Made by a program: the position numbers and the translations under genes
Part shown: piece by piece, positions 1 to 15,925 of the stretch
How the letters are laid out: every line of letters begins with the position of its first letter
Numbering within the stretch: the first letter of the stretch is position 1
Source: Escherichia phage vB_EcoM-Pr103Blw
Reading direction: 5' to 3' (one strand)
Length of the DNA: 64,000 nucleotides
Sequence record: MW481326.1
The notes under the pieces: generated by a model
What the model was told of the DNA's origin: nothing
What the model saw: the letters and a program-made list of their open reading frames with translations, nothing else
The model's database searches: none

Positions 1-1
1 T

Positions 2-133
2 TCTGCTATCCTCCCTCCTAACGCACCTTCCACAGTCAAGAAAAAAGGCTTTAACGCACCTCTTGTTGAGACAGGTGACTTAAGGGATAACCTTGCTTAT
101 AAAATTTCTACTAAGAAGGGTATTAAGAAATGA
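2..133 (+). CDS. 3' end of an upstream structural-module gene (5' end outside window)
   Basis: Open frame from window edge to TGA at 131-133; stop overlaps ATG of next gene (ATGA coupling). Confidence 0.3.
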   Translation, partial: SAILPPNAPSTVKKKGFNAPLVETGDLRDNLAYKISTKKGIKK

Positions 134-531
134 GACTCTTAAACAGACACAGCTTTGTAGTAAAGCGTAAAGTCTCTGAAGACGGTTATTACAATGATGA
201 TGGTGATTGGGTAGCTTCACAAGATATTGTAGAGGTTAACTGCAAAGGCAATATCCAGCCATATATCAAAGGTTCTGTAAAGAACGGTACACAGATTGCT
301 TTACCGGAAGGTATCAGACTTACCGATACAAGAATCCTGTATACCACATATAAGCTTAGAACTTCAGATGATGTAGAGTGGAATGAGTCTGATATTGTTA
401 TGATTGATGGTCATGAGTATGAAGTATTTATGACTATGGATTGGTCACAACAATTAGCCCATACATCCCATTATGAATATATCATTATTAGAAGGGATAA
501 AATGAATGCAGTTAGAAACAGCAGAACTTGA
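130..531 (+). CDS. hypothetical virion protein (tail-proximal module)
   Basis: 133-aa ORF, coupled to neighbours, immediately upstream of sheath/tube genes. Confidence 0.5.
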   Translation: MRLLNRHSFVVKRKVSEDGYYNDDGDWVASQDIVEVNCKGNIQPYIKGSVKNGTQIALPEGIRLTDTRILYTTYKLRTSDDVEWNESDIVMIDGHEYEVFMTMDWSQQLAHTSHYEYIIIRRDKMNAVRNSRT

Positions 532-1105
532 AAAAGGTCTAGTTAGAACCTTAGTGGATGTTATTGGTCACAGACTAGCTCGTGATAAAAATAATAGACC
601 AAACGTAATTAGAGCTTACCCTTCTGATAACTCAAATGACAAAGGTTTAAAACCTGACCAGCCATTTATCACCGTATATTGTCAAGATGCTGCAACACCT
701 TATGGTTGGGTTCTTGATAAGTTTGTTGAGGATGATGTAGTTTGCTACAGAATTGCTTTTCAGATTCCTGTACTAATTACGGTGAATGGTAAAGGTGCTC
801 ACAGCATCATGCTTGAGCTTAAACAACGATTAGAGATGAGTTCAGTCAGAGATTTAATTCTTGAAGAGACAGGAGCTACAGTTCTAGACACTGGAGCTAT
901 TCCAAATGACTACACTTATCTTAATACAGATTTCGAAAATTCTGCACCTCTTGTTGTAACTCTTGTAAAAAATTCGGTCCTGAAAGATGAACGTGGAAGT
1001 ATTATCGAACGTGTTATTGTGGATGGTGAATTAGTTTACGAAGAAGGACAAGAGCCACCAGAATATACTATCCATCTAGATGTAGACTCCAAAGGGGTAA
1101 AATAA
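506..1105 (+). CDS. hypothetical structural protein (possible tail completion/neck)
   Basis: 199-aa ORF, ATG with AAGGGA SD; position before sheath gene. Confidence 0.5.
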   Translation: MQLETAELEKGLVRTLVDVIGHRLARDKNNRPNVIRAYPSDNSNDKGLKPDQPFITVYCQDAATPYGWVLDKFVEDDVVCYRIAFQIPVLITVNGKGAHSIMLELKQRLEMSSVRDLILEETGATVLDTGAIPNDYTYLNTDFENSAPLVVTLVKNSVLKDERGSIIERVIVDGELVYEEGQEPPEYTIHLDVDSKGVK

Positions 1106-2458
1106 ATGTGGAATCCAATTGTTAATGTAGATATTACATTGAACACCGCAGGAACTACAAGAGAAGGTTTTGGGCTGCCACTATTTTTAGCTTCAACAGA
1201 TAATTTTGAAGAAAGAGTGCGTGGTTACACTTCCTTAACTGAAGTTGCTGAAGATTTCGATGAGAACTCTGCTGCATATAAAGCTGCTAAACAACTTTGG
1301 AGTCAGACTCCTAAAGTAACTCAGCTTTATATTGGTAGACGTGCTATGCAGTATACTGTATCAATTCCTGATGAAGTTTCTGAAAGCACAGATTATTCTC
1401 TAACTGTAGCTGTTAGTGGTGGAGTTTCTCAGCCATTCCAGTACACTGCACAGTCAGAAGATACTGCTGAGAAAGTACTACAGCAGTTTAAAACACAGAT
1501 TGAAGCAGAGCCTTCTGTTAAAGACCTTGTTACAGTTAATGTAACTGGTTCTGGCGGTTCAGCAACAATGGTAATTACCAAAGCTGGTGATAATGACTTC
1601 GTGAAGGTGACTTCTACAGCACAAACAGTATCAATTGCAAGTACTACTGCTGACACAGCATCGACTGCTCTGGCAGCTATTGAAGCTTATTCAACTGACT
1701 GGTATTTCATTGCAGCAGAAGACAGAACTCAACAGTTTGTCTTAGCAATGGCTTCTGAGATTCAAGCTCGCAAGAAGATTTTCTTTACAGCTAACTCCGA
1801 TGTAACAGCCCTACAAGGTACAGAATTAGCTAGTGCAAATGATGTTCCAGCACAACTTGCTAAGAATAAGTACACTCGTACAGTTTGCTTGTGGCATCAC
1901 ACAGCAGCAGAAGATTATCCAGAAATGGCATACATTGCTTATGGTGCTCCTTATGATGCAGGTTCAATTGCTTGGGGTAACGCACAGTTAACTGGTGTAG
2001 CTGCTTCTCTACAGCCATCTAACCAGAGACCTCTGACAAGTATTCAGAAGTCAGCTTTAGATGCACGTCACTGTAACTTTATTGACCTTGATGGTGGTGT
2101 TCCAGTGGTTCGTAGAGGGATTACTTCTGGTGGGGAATGGATTGATATCATCCGTGGTGTTGACTGGTTAGAATCAGACCTGAAAACTTCTCTGAGAGAC
2201 TTGCTAATTAATCAGAAGGGTGGTAAGATTACTTATGATGATACTGGTATTACCCGTATTCGTCAAGTCATTGAAACCTCTCTGCAAAGAGCAGTCAACA
2301 GAAACTTCCTGTCATCTTACACAGTTAATGTTCCTAAAGCCTCTCAAGTTGCTTTGGCAGACAAGAAAGCTCGTATCCTGAAAGATGTTACCTTCGCAGG
2401 TATCTTAGCAGGGGCTATCTTGGATGTTGACTTGAAAGGTACAGTGGCTTACGAATAA
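1106..2458 (+). CDS. putative tail sheath protein
   Basis: 450 aa; canonical order sheath-tube-chaperones-tape measure; size like P2 FI / Mu L; assignment positional. Confidence 0.5.
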   Translation: MWNPIVNVDITLNTAGTTREGFGLPLFLASTDNFEERVRGYTSLTEVAEDFDENSAAYKAAKQLWSQTPKVTQLYIGRRAMQYTVSIPDEVSESTDYSLTVAVSGGVSQPFQYTAQSEDTAEKVLQQFKTQIEAEPSVKDLVTVNVTGSGGSATMVITKAGDNDFVKVTSTAQTVSIASTTADTASTALAAIEAYSTDWYFIAAEDRTQQFVLAMASEIQARKKIFFTANSDVTALQGTELASANDVPAQLAKNKYTRTVCLWHHTAAEDYPEMAYIAYGAPYDAGSIAWGNAQLTGVAASLQPSNQRPLTSIQKSALDARHCNFIDLDGGVPVVRRGITSGGEWIDIIRGVDWLESDLKTSLRDLLINQKGGKITYDDTGITRIRQVIETSLQRAVNRNFLSSYTVNVPKASQVALADKKARILKDVTFAGILAGAILDVDLKGTVAYE

Positions 2459-2473
2459 TAGAGGTAAATTGGA

Positions 2474-2920
2474 ATGGCTATGTATCAGCAATATTCCCCT
2501 AAAGACGTTGTGTGTAGCTGGAATGGTATTGCCATTGAAGGCTTTGCCCCAGACTCATTCTTACGTCTACAGAGAACATCACCACTTGTAACACCAGTTG
2601 TAGGTGCAGGTGGTCAAGTTGCTCTGACAAGAAATGCAGACAAGACAGGTACTATTGAGATTGAGCTAATGCAGACTTCTCTCTCTAACCAGATGCTTTC
2701 TGCAATTCAAGCTAAACAAGACAATATGGAACTTGAAGAAGATATCTCTTCTAACTTCGTAATCTACGACCCATCAGGCTCTGTTCTGGCAACTGGTATT
2801 AATGCTTGGTTGCAGGAATTACCACAGATTGAACTTGGTCGTGACCAGAACTCTAAGACTTGGATTTTTGGTTGTGAGAAGCTAGACTACACTTCTACAA
2901 TTCCAGCGTCAAGTGTTTAA
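2474..2920 (+). CDS. putative tail tube protein
   Basis: 148 aa directly after putative sheath, followed by strong terminator as expected for abundant tube gene. Confidence 0.5.
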   Translation: MAMYQQYSPKDVVCSWNGIAIEGFAPDSFLRLQRTSPLVTPVVGAGGQVALTRNADKTGTIEIELMQTSLSNQMLSAIQAKQDNMELEEDISSNFVIYDPSGSVLATGINAWLQELPQIELGRDQNSKTWIFGCEKLDYTSTIPASSV

Positions 2921-2932
2921 TAAATCCTATAA

Positions 2933-2965
2933 GGGGGAGACTTTAAAAGGTCTTCCCCTTTTTTG
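2933..2965 (+). terminator. rho-independent terminator
   Basis: GGGGAGAC-tttaaaag-GTCTTCCCC stem-loop followed by TTTTTTG. Confidence 0.6.
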
Positions 2966-2992
2966 TTTCTTTTAAAGTATTAAGGAATCACA

Positions 2993-3391
2993 ATGAAAAC
3001 AGAATTTAGAGTAATTAATGGTAAGAAAGTAAATATCGTTCTGCTTGGGGCAAGAGATGGTATTAAGATGTCTATGAAGTTGGGTAAAATTGTTGTTCCA
3101 ACTTTTGCACAGATGCTGTCAAGTCTGACTGATAAAGATAAGAAAGAAGCTCCAATGGTTCCATTTAAAGAACTTGTTGAAGCTTGTTTTGACAGAATTG
3201 AAGAAATTAACCTTGAAGAAATGGCTACCTTACTATTTCAAGGGGCAACTGTTGATGACTTCCCACTAAATATTGATACCTATTTCCAAGCAAACTACGG
3301 TGAATTTATTGACTACTTAGCATTTGCGCTGGAGGCAAACTTCGGAAGTTTTTTCGAAGCAAGCATTTTCAAAAGCCTAACTTCTCAGTAA
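2993..3391 (+). CDS. putative tail assembly chaperone
   Basis: 132-aa acidic protein between tube and tape measure genes. Confidence 0.4.
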   Translation: MKTEFRVINGKKVNIVLLGARDGIKMSMKLGKIVVPTFAQMLSSLTDKDKKEAPMVPFKELVEACFDRIEEINLEEMATLLFQGATVDDFPLNIDTYFQANYGEFIDYLAFALEANFGSFFEASIFKSLTSQ

Positions 3392-3393
3392 AC

Positions 3394-3632
3394 ATGGGTA
3401 ACACTCTACAGACACCACTAACTGATGCTGCTGTAGAGGCAACCTATGAAGAAGCAGACGAGATGAAATTTGTGCTTGCTATTTATGGTATGGAAGGGTG
3501 TAAAGAAACACTTGACCAACTCTTTGCTATGACATTCTCTGATTTATTATCATTGAGACAATTTCTTGAGATTCAGAGGTCGTATAAAGAGGAAATTGCT
3601 TACAACGAACTTAGAAGAGCAGGAAAAATGTA

Positions 3633-3633
<1 letters not shown>
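3394..3633 (+). CDS. putative tail assembly protein
   Basis: 79-aa ORF immediately upstream of tape measure; ATGA-type coupling to next gene. Confidence 0.35.
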
Positions 3634-9017
<5,384 letters not shown>

Positions 9018-9018
<1 letters not shown>

Positions 9019-10487
9019 TGGCAGGATTAACTACAACAGGATTACAAACTCTAAGATATCAGGAAATTTTTGATAATATCAAATCAAGACTTCTTAGAGA
9101 TATTTCACCAAACCTTGACGTTTCTGAAGATAGCCAATTAGGTCTCTTCCTAGCTTCAATTGCAAGGTCTTTAGCAGATACACATGAGATTCTATCAGAA
9201 ATCTATGACGGCGGGACAATTGACAAGGCTGAAGGATTTAACCTTGATGATATTACAGCTTTGAATGCTGTATACAGATATGTTGCTCAGGCAACAAGAG
9301 GTCAAGTTGAGTTTACTGGAACTACTGGTGCTACCATTCCTTCAACAACAAGATTAAGAAGTACTGCCGGAAACATCTTTTATCCAGTTAATAACATTAC
9401 CCTTACTCCATCATATTGTGTTGAAGCTACACTTGAAGTTAACTCTTTACGAACTGATGCAGATTATGTTATTATTATTGATAACGTCATTTTCTCATAT
9501 AAACCAACCTCATTAGACACAATCACTACGCTGCTAACAAAATTAGCAGAAGCTATTAATGGTGGTATTGTAGCAAAAGCAGAAGTCATTAATGATGGAG
9601 CCGCATTAAGAGTCTATAAAGACGAAGGTGATATCATTGCAAGAACAAACCCTATGGTTGTCACTGCAACAACGTTTCTGACCTTTACAAAGATTACAAC
9701 TATTTCAGATGTAGTAGCTGAAGAGGTTGGTGCTACCCCTGCTTTGGCTGGTACGCTTATTGAGATTGAGACAACTGTTGATGGTCTTGACAGTATTTAT
9801 AACAGGTATGACTTAACAACTGGTAGAAACGAAGAAACTGACACAGAACTTAGACAGAGATATTTAGAATCCTTAGCAGTTACTGGTGTAGGGACTTTGG
9901 ATGCAATTGTGGCTGCTGTTAAAAGAGTTCAAGGGGTCTCAGATGCTTCAGGTGTTGAAAATGATACTGAAGAGACGAACTCAGAAGGTCTTCCACCAAA
10001 ATCTTTTAAGATTGTCGTAGTTGGTGGTCAAAACGATAATGTTGCTCAAGCAATCTGGGATACAAAACCTGCTGGTATTAGGGCTTATGGCTCGATTTTT
10101 GGCACAGCCTATGATTTAGGTGGTTTAGCACATAATATTTATTTTAGCAGACCAACACCAAAATACGCATTTGTTAAGGTGTCTTACTCATTATATGACG
10201 AAGAAAGTTTGACAATCCCTGAAGAAGATATCAGAGATAGTATTGTGCAAGGTATTAACGCCTACGGAAGAACTCTTAAGGTTGGTAATGATGTTATCCC
10301 TAACAGAATTTATGGGTACATCTATGACGTAATCAAAGGTATTGAGATTAATGAGGTGAAAGTAGCATTATCAAACAGCCAATCAGTTCCACCTAGTGAC
10401 GGACAATATACTACAGCAAGAATTACTGTTGACGGTGACCAATATACTGTTTGGGAAAGTAGCCAGTATACCATCACTAAGGAGTAA
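9018..10487 (+). CDS. putative baseplate J-like protein
   Basis: 489 aa; order after gp25-like ORF. Confidence 0.4.
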
Positions 10488-10489
10488 TA

Positions 10490-11344
10490 ATGTTTGAAAA
10501 GATTGATAGTGTTTACTATAAAACACTTGATGAAAGGACTGTAACACAGTTTAAAGATAAATTTATCTATACAAGTATCTTGAAAGCAATCACTGATGAA
10601 TTACAAACTCTAGAGGATGTTTGCTGGCAGATGCACACAGAGAGAAATATCAGGACGTCAGTAGGCCAACAACTTGATAACATTGGCTCACTGATTAAAG
10701 TTCCTAGACCTTTAGGTGCAGATGATGAAACATATAGGGCTATGCTTTATATCCAAATCTTCCTAAGACGCTCTGACACCACCCCAACATTCTTGCAAAA
10801 AGCAATTATGACGCTATATGGTGCAACTTTCTCTCAGATTTTTGAGCATATTACTCCTAAGACTGGTGGTATCGTTATCCGTATCAACACTAGAAAAAGC
10901 GTTCTAGATGCTGCATATACATTGTCAAAGATTTCTGCAACAACTACTGGCTCCGCTGTCATCTTAAGAGATGTTACTTTAAATGGAACTGCTTGGACTC
11001 CTGTAGAGGTTGCTGATTCATCACTTGCTATTGTTGATGATAAAGAGAACTGGTTTGTAACTGATGCTAACAGAGGTCTTGTCACAAATAACACTGGCGG
11101 CTCTCTGGAGTCCAACTTAGTAGGTAGTCTTGCAGATGCTGGTGTTATTGATGGTTACTTTAAGGTTGACAGAACAGCAAACCCACAGAGCGATGATTAT
11201 ATGACTGTAGATAGGTCTAATAATAGTGGCTATTTCATTGCTGGTAAAGAAGCTATTGCAGGTGGTGCATATGGAATCATGGCTGAGGTTGCACAAATTG
11301 TCAAAGGCAGAAAAGATAAATCACAACAAGAAGGAAATTCTTAA
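10490..11344 (+). CDS. putative baseplate/tail-fiber attachment protein
   Basis: 284 aa between J-like gene and tail fibers. Confidence 0.35.
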   Translation: MFEKIDSVYYKTLDERTVTQFKDKFIYTSILKAITDELQTLEDVCWQMHTERNIRTSVGQQLDNIGSLIKVPRPLGADDETYRAMLYIQIFLRRSDTTPTFLQKAIMTLYGATFSQIFEHITPKTGGIVIRINTRKSVLDAAYTLSKISATTTGSAVILRDVTLNGTAWTPVEVADSSLAIVDDKENWFVTDANRGLVTNNTGGSLESNLVGSLADAGVIDGYFKVDRTANPQSDDYMTVDRSNNSGYFIAGKEAIAGGAYGIMAEVAQIVKGRKDKSQQEGNS

Positions 11345-11646
11345 TGGCAGTTCTAAATTGGTCTACAAACGAAGTAGATACTGATGGTAATCAGTTAAAA
11401 GTTTTACCACCACCGGAAGTTCAAGAGACAGGTCTTTTAAAGGGTGAGCCTATGGGTAGACAGTGGTTCAACTATATTATCAACTACCTGCTGAATAAAG
11501 TAAATGGCACTGTTGGTGAAGTTCGTTCATATGCAACTGAGCAACCAGATTTAGTGGCTAATGGCTGGAATCTCATTAAGTCTGAGACAGGGACTGCATC
11601 AACAAGTACAAGAAACCTTTACACATATGAATACGTAGGAGCTTAA
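11344..11646 (+). CDS. hypothetical tail protein
   Basis: 100 aa, ATGA-coupled, precedes fiber genes. Confidence 0.35.
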   Translation: MAVLNWSTNEVDTDGNQLKVLPPPEVQETGLLKGEPMGRQWFNYIINYLLNKVNGTVGEVRSYATEQPDLVANGWNLIKSETGTASTSTRNLYTYEYVGA

Positions 11647-11648
11647 TA

Positions 11649-12824
11649 ATGGCAGTAGGTGAAATTCAAATTAGTGCCTTGCCACAAGCGGCCTTACCAG
11701 TTGATTTGAGTGATATCTTCCACCTTAAGCAAGGTGTTGAGGATAAAAGATGTACGCTTGAGCAGTTGTTAGCACCTCACGCATCTTTGAGGAATAACCC
11801 TCATGGTGTAACTAAATCACAAGTAGGTCTTGATAATGTTATTAACTCTCTTCAATTAGTTGCAGCTAATAACTTGTCAGATATTGTAAGTGTTGCTGAG
11901 GCAAGAGCAAATCTACAAATTATGTCGTCAGAGGAAGTGAATAACTTAATTCAGCAACATATTGACGACAAAAGTAACCCACACAATACAACGAAAGCGC
12001 AGGTCGGTTTAAGTAATGTTCAGAACTGGACAACATCTAATCTGTACAATGAAGATGCTGATAAGTATGCTACCGCGAGAGCAGTGAATAATTTATACAA
12101 AGCTATCCAAGCATCATATCCAGTAGGGACTATTCATCTATCTGTTAACTCTGCTAACCCATCCACTTACTTGCTTTGTGGAGGTACTTGGGAGTTAGTT
12201 TCCAAAGGTAGAGCACTAGTTGGTTATGATACAGATTCTAGACCTGTTGGTTCAATGTTTGGTTCTCAGACTGTAGCATTAACAAATAATAATTTACCAG
12301 CGCATACTCACTCTATCTATCTAACAGGTGGTGGTCATACACACTCTGCAAGCGTATCTATCTCTAGCTTTGATTATGGTTCAAAAAGTACATCGACTTT
12401 TGATTATGGTACGAAGACAACTAACAGTGCTGGTGCTCACACGCACACGTTTAGTGGCACAACAAGCAATGCTGGTAACCACAACCATAGAGTACCTATG
12501 AGGGGTAATGATAGAGGTGGTACAAATGCTATTACTGCATCTGCTGATGCTGGTGTTGGTAATGCTATGTATACTGATTTAGCTGGTGCTCACACCCATA
12601 GCTTCTCAGGCACAACTGCATCATCTGGTGCTCATAGTCATACTGTTGCAATTGGTGCTCATAGTCACACTGTTAATATTGGTTCACACAGTCATACAGG
12701 TACTGTTACTGTTTCTAGCTCCGAGCATACACACTCAGGAACATCTGGTTCTGTTGGTGGTGGTCAAGCTTTCAGTATTGAGCAACCATCTTTTGTAGTA
12801 TATGTGTGGCAGAGAACAGTTTAA
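11649..12824 (+). CDS. tail fiber protein with His-x-His repeat tip
   Basis: 391 aa; repeated AGAHTHTFSGTT / GAHSHTV / GSHSHTG motifs as in the metal-binding needle of T4 gp37-type fibers. Confidence 0.7.
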   Translation: MAVGEIQISALPQAALPVDLSDIFHLKQGVEDKRCTLEQLLAPHASLRNNPHGVTKSQVGLDNVINSLQLVAANNLSDIVSVAEARANLQIMSSEEVNNLIQQHIDDKSNPHNTTKAQVGLSNVQNWTTSNLYNEDADKYATARAVNNLYKAIQASYPVGTIHLSVNSANPSTYLLCGGTWELVSKGRALVGYDTDSRPVGSMFGSQTVALTNNNLPAHTHSIYLTGGGHTHSASVSISSFDYGSKSTSTFDYGTKTTNSAGAHTHTFSGTTSNAGNHNHRVPMRGNDRGGTNAITASADAGVGNAMYTDLAGAHTHSFSGTTASSGAHSHTVAIGAHSHTVNIGSHSHTGTVTVSSSEHTHSGTSGSVGGGQAFSIEQPSFVVYVWQRTV

Positions 12825-12833
12825 TTTCTTTAC

Positions 12834-12856
12834 AGGGGCTTTATAGCCCCTTTTAA
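12834..12856 (+). terminator. terminator-like hairpin
   Basis: AGGGGCT-ttat-AGCCCCT followed by TTTTAAG. Confidence 0.45.
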
Positions 12857-12870
12857 GAGGAAAATTCATA

Positions 12871-15243
12871 ATGGCAGATTACAAATTGAGTCAATTAAAC
12901 TCAATCGACACAATTCGTTCAGAAGACCTATTGCACATCAGAGTTAAGAAAAGACCTGAAATGTTGGGTGACGAAGACCGTAGAATGACCTATCAAGACT
13001 TCTTAGCTTCCTTCAAACTAGAAAGGTTTGTTCAGATTGCTGGTAGCACTATGACGGGTGATTTAGGTATTGTCAAGTTACTTTACGGTGGCAAGGCTGT
13101 ATTTGACCCTACAGGCTCTTCTGAGATTACTATTGGGGATATTTTAAAGACTTTTAAAATTAACTCAAATGGTCTTAAACTCACTATTGCAGATGCTTCA
13201 AGGTCAGCAACTGTTTATCATACTTTGAATAAACCAAGCCCTAATGAACTTGGTATGAGAACTAATGAAGAGAATGATGCGAGATATGCAAGACTTGCTG
13301 TCACAAACACATTCTCTGGAACTCAGAACATTCAAGGTGATGCTAACTTACTTCGCCTTAGAAACCAAAATGCAAACAATGCACAATACATTGAAGGTGT
13401 AAACCTAGATGGTTCAGCTAGATGGTGGGTTGGTATTGGTAGTAATGGTTCTGATGAAGTGAAGCTGTATAATAACAAATATAATTCAGCCTTGACTGTT
13501 GCAAGCAATATCTCTGTTAATAAATCTTTAGCAATCACTGGTCAAGTTCAACCTTCAGATTTCTCTAACTTAGATGCTAGATACTTCACTCAGACAGTTG
13601 CTAATCAGAGATTTGCACAGTTAGCTGCTAATAACAATTTTACTGGAACAAACACATTCAGCAGAAACCTCACCATCATCAGTGATAGTGCTGCTTTAAG
13701 GTTGAAAAATGCAACAGCTAGCTCACTATTCATTCAGGGTGTTGACTCTCAGAACACTAACAGGTGGTATGTAGGGAACGGGGATAACACAGCCTCTGTG
13801 CTGTTACACAACTATGTACACGGTTCAAATATTAGGCTTGATAATGGCTATATCTCAGTCAACCAGAACTTCAGAATCACTGGTCAAGTTCAACCTTCAG
13901 ATTGGGCTAACATTGACTCTAGATATATTCCGGCAGCAACATTAAGTACTATTGCAAGAACTAATGCACAAAACACTTTTAACGGTGTACAGAAAGTTGT
14001 TACGGATAATGAAGCTCTAATTTTGAAAAACTCTACTCAGAACAGACCATTGTATATCCGTGGTGTGGACACTGCTAATGTGTCAAGGTGGTGGGTAGGT
14101 GTTGGTGGGGCAGATACTAATGATGTTACCCTAAATAACAGTTTTTCTGGCACTCAGTTAGTTTTAGGTAACTCATCTGCAAGCATCAATAAGACACTAT
14201 CTCTGACTGGACAGATTCAACCTTCAGATTTCTCTAACTTAGATGCCAGATATTATACGCAATCTGTCGCAAACTCTAGGTACATGCTTGCTGTATCTAC
14301 TGGTTCTGGTACAGAGGTTGGTGATGGAGATGGTATTGCTTGGAATGCTAGAACTGGTTTGTATAATGTTACAGGGAAAACTGGCGGTTCAACACAACTG
14401 GTTTATCAGATGTTTATCGGTGGTGGTTCAACACCAACTGCACAGTTGAAGTTTAGCTACGGGAATGGTGGTATTTTGTACAGGACAGCACGAGATGGGT
14501 ATGGTTTTGAGAAGGCATGGGCTAAAATCTATACAGACCAAGATAAACCAACCCCTTCAGATATTGGTGCATACACTAAAGCAGAAACTGACCAGAGAAT
14601 CGCAGAAGCAATTAGTGACTCTACAGACCTGAATAAAATCTATCCAGTAGGTATTGTGACGTGGTTTAACAGTAATGTCAACCCCAACACAGCACTTCCT
14701 GGGTTAACTTGGACGTACCTGAACAATGGTGTTGGTAGAACTATTAGAATTGCAGCAGCAAACGGTTCAGATGTTGCTACAACTGGTGGTTCAGACTCTG
14801 TAACGTTATCTGTTGGTAACTTACCTTCACATACACACAGCTTCTCTGCTACCACTTCATCATTTGATTATGGTACTAAGACTTCTAGCACAACTGGTAA
14901 CCATAACCACAACAGAGGTACTATGGAGATTACTGGTACAGTGGGTTACTTTAGAAGTGACTCTAGCAGCTTCTACACAGCAAGTGGTGCATTCACACTT
15001 GGTAGCTCAACTGCTTCTAAAGGCTTCACTGGTTCTAACTTTACTTATGGTATCCCTGCTAACTTTAATGCGTCAAGAACTTGGTCTGGCGTTACTAACA
15101 CAACTGGTAACCATAACCATACTGTAGGTATTGGTGCTCACAACCACACAGTTAGCGGTAACACAGGTGGTACTGGTTCTGGTTCAGCATTTAGTGTTAC
15201 TAACCAGTTCTATAAGTTAATGGCTTGGGTAAGAACTGCTTAA
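12871..15243 (+). CDS. long tail fiber protein with internal triplicated repeat and His-x-His tip
   Basis: 790 aa; three ~110-aa repeats (ITGQVQPSDFSNLDARY...); C-terminal HTHSFSATT/GNHNHTVGIGAHNHTV like the upstream fiber. Confidence 0.7.
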   Translation: MADYKLSQLNSIDTIRSEDLLHIRVKKRPEMLGDEDRRMTYQDFLASFKLERFVQIAGSTMTGDLGIVKLLYGGKAVFDPTGSSEITIGDILKTFKINSNGLKLTIADASRSATVYHTLNKPSPNELGMRTNEENDARYARLAVTNTFSGTQNIQGDANLLRLRNQNANNAQYIEGVNLDGSARWWVGIGSNGSDEVKLYNNKYNSALTVASNISVNKSLAITGQVQPSDFSNLDARYFTQTVANQRFAQLAANNNFTGTNTFSRNLTIISDSAALRLKNATASSLFIQGVDSQNTNRWYVGNGDNTASVLLHNYVHGSNIRLDNGYISVNQNFRITGQVQPSDWANIDSRYIPAATLSTIARTNAQNTFNGVQKVVTDNEALILKNSTQNRPLYIRGVDTANVSRWWVGVGGADTNDVTLNNSFSGTQLVLGNSSASINKTLSLTGQIQPSDFSNLDARYYTQSVANSRYMLAVSTGSGTEVGDGDGIAWNARTGLYNVTGKTGGSTQLVYQMFIGGGSTPTAQLKFSYGNGGILYRTARDGYGFEKAWAKIYTDQDKPTPSDIGAYTKAETDQRIAEAISDSTDLNKIYPVGIVTWFNSNVNPNTALPGLTWTYLNNGVGRTIRIAAANGSDVATTGGSDSVTLSVGNLPSHTHSFSATTSSFDYGTKTSSTTGNHNHNRGTMEITGTVGYFRSDSSSFYTASGAFTLGSSTASKGFTGSNFTYGIPANFNASRTWSGVTNTTGNHNHTVGIGAHNHTVSGNTGGTGSGSAFSVTNQFYKLMAWVRTA
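13537..14262 (+). repeat. in-frame intragenic direct repeats (3 copies, period ~330-340 bp) in long fiber gene
   Basis: actggtcaagttcaaccttcagat...ctagat recurs at about 13540, 13880 and 14210. Confidence 0.7.
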
Positions 15244-15322
15244 TCCCTTGTTGACTGATTGTTAAGATGGTGTTAATATTCTTTATGGGTATTCTCACCA
15301 TCTTGGCTGATGAGGTGATTAA

Positions 15323-15520
15323 ATGCCTACAATCCTAGCAATTCTTCTAAAAAATCTAGGTAGCTTCTTCTGGAAACTCATTTTATCCCTTCTAAGTGAA
15401 TACATGATTGAGAAAGTGTTCTTTAAGCTTGCAAGATATCTTGCGAGTAAGACAGACACACCTATTGATGATGAGTTCGTAGATAACTTAGAAAAAGCTT
15501 TTAAGGGGGAGAATAAATGA
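15323..15520 (+). CDS. small membrane protein (possibly holin-like)
   Basis: 65 aa, hydrophobic N-terminal half (ILAILLKNLGSFFWKLILSLL), downstream of fibers. Confidence 0.35.
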   Translation: MPTILAILLKNLGSFFWKLILSLLSEYMIEKVFFKLARYLASKTDTPIDDEFVDNLEKAFKGENK

Positions 15521-15888
15521 AGTGGCTAGAGGATGCTTTTAAAAATAATATTGGTGCAATTGTAGTTGGTATTTTTAGTGTTATTGGGATGTATACCACG
15601 ATGCAAGTTTCAAGTGGTAAGCAAGAAGTGTCTGTCACAACGAAGTTACAGCAGCTAGATAATTATTCCAAAAGTAACTATTCAGCTATTCGTGATTTAC
15701 AGTCTGACATGAGACTTATTCAGTTAGGGATGGAGAATCAGAAAGTTCAGTTAGAGAATGTTAAGGGTGAGAATGCAAAACTTACCAAAACTCTTGATAA
15801 GTTCTCTGACAGTGTAAATAATCTGGCTCAATCAGTATCAGCCCTCCAAGCTATTACTGAGAAGAACACAAAAAGTACTGAAAAATAA
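15517..15888 (+). CDS. membrane-anchored coiled-coil protein
   Basis: 123 aa; N-terminal TM (IGAIVVGIFSVIGMY) then heptad-rich region; ATGA overlap with previous ORF. Confidence 0.4.
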   Translation: MKWLEDAFKNNIGAIVVGIFSVIGMYTTMQVSSGKQEVSVTTKLQQLDNYSKSNYSAIRDLQSDMRLIQLGMENQKVQLENVKGENAKLTKTLDKFSDSVNNLAQSVSALQAITEKNTKSTEK

Positions 15889-15895
15889 AGTTTAA

Positions 15896-15921
15896 GGCTC
15901 CCGTAAAAAGGAGCCTTTTTT
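15896..15921 (+). terminator. rho-independent terminator between convergent blocks
   Basis: GGCTCC-cgtaaaaa-GGAGCC followed by TTTTTTG; sits between + strand late genes and - strand thyA. Confidence 0.6.
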
Positions 15922-15925
15922 GTTT

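Noticed and set aside
12586-15127. Alternative-frame ORFs 12586..12798 (+) and 14813..15127 (+) inside the tail-fiber genes
   Set aside because: They arise from His-x-His codon repeats read out of frame (leucine/valine-rich low-complexity products) and are fully embedded in well-supported fiber genes.
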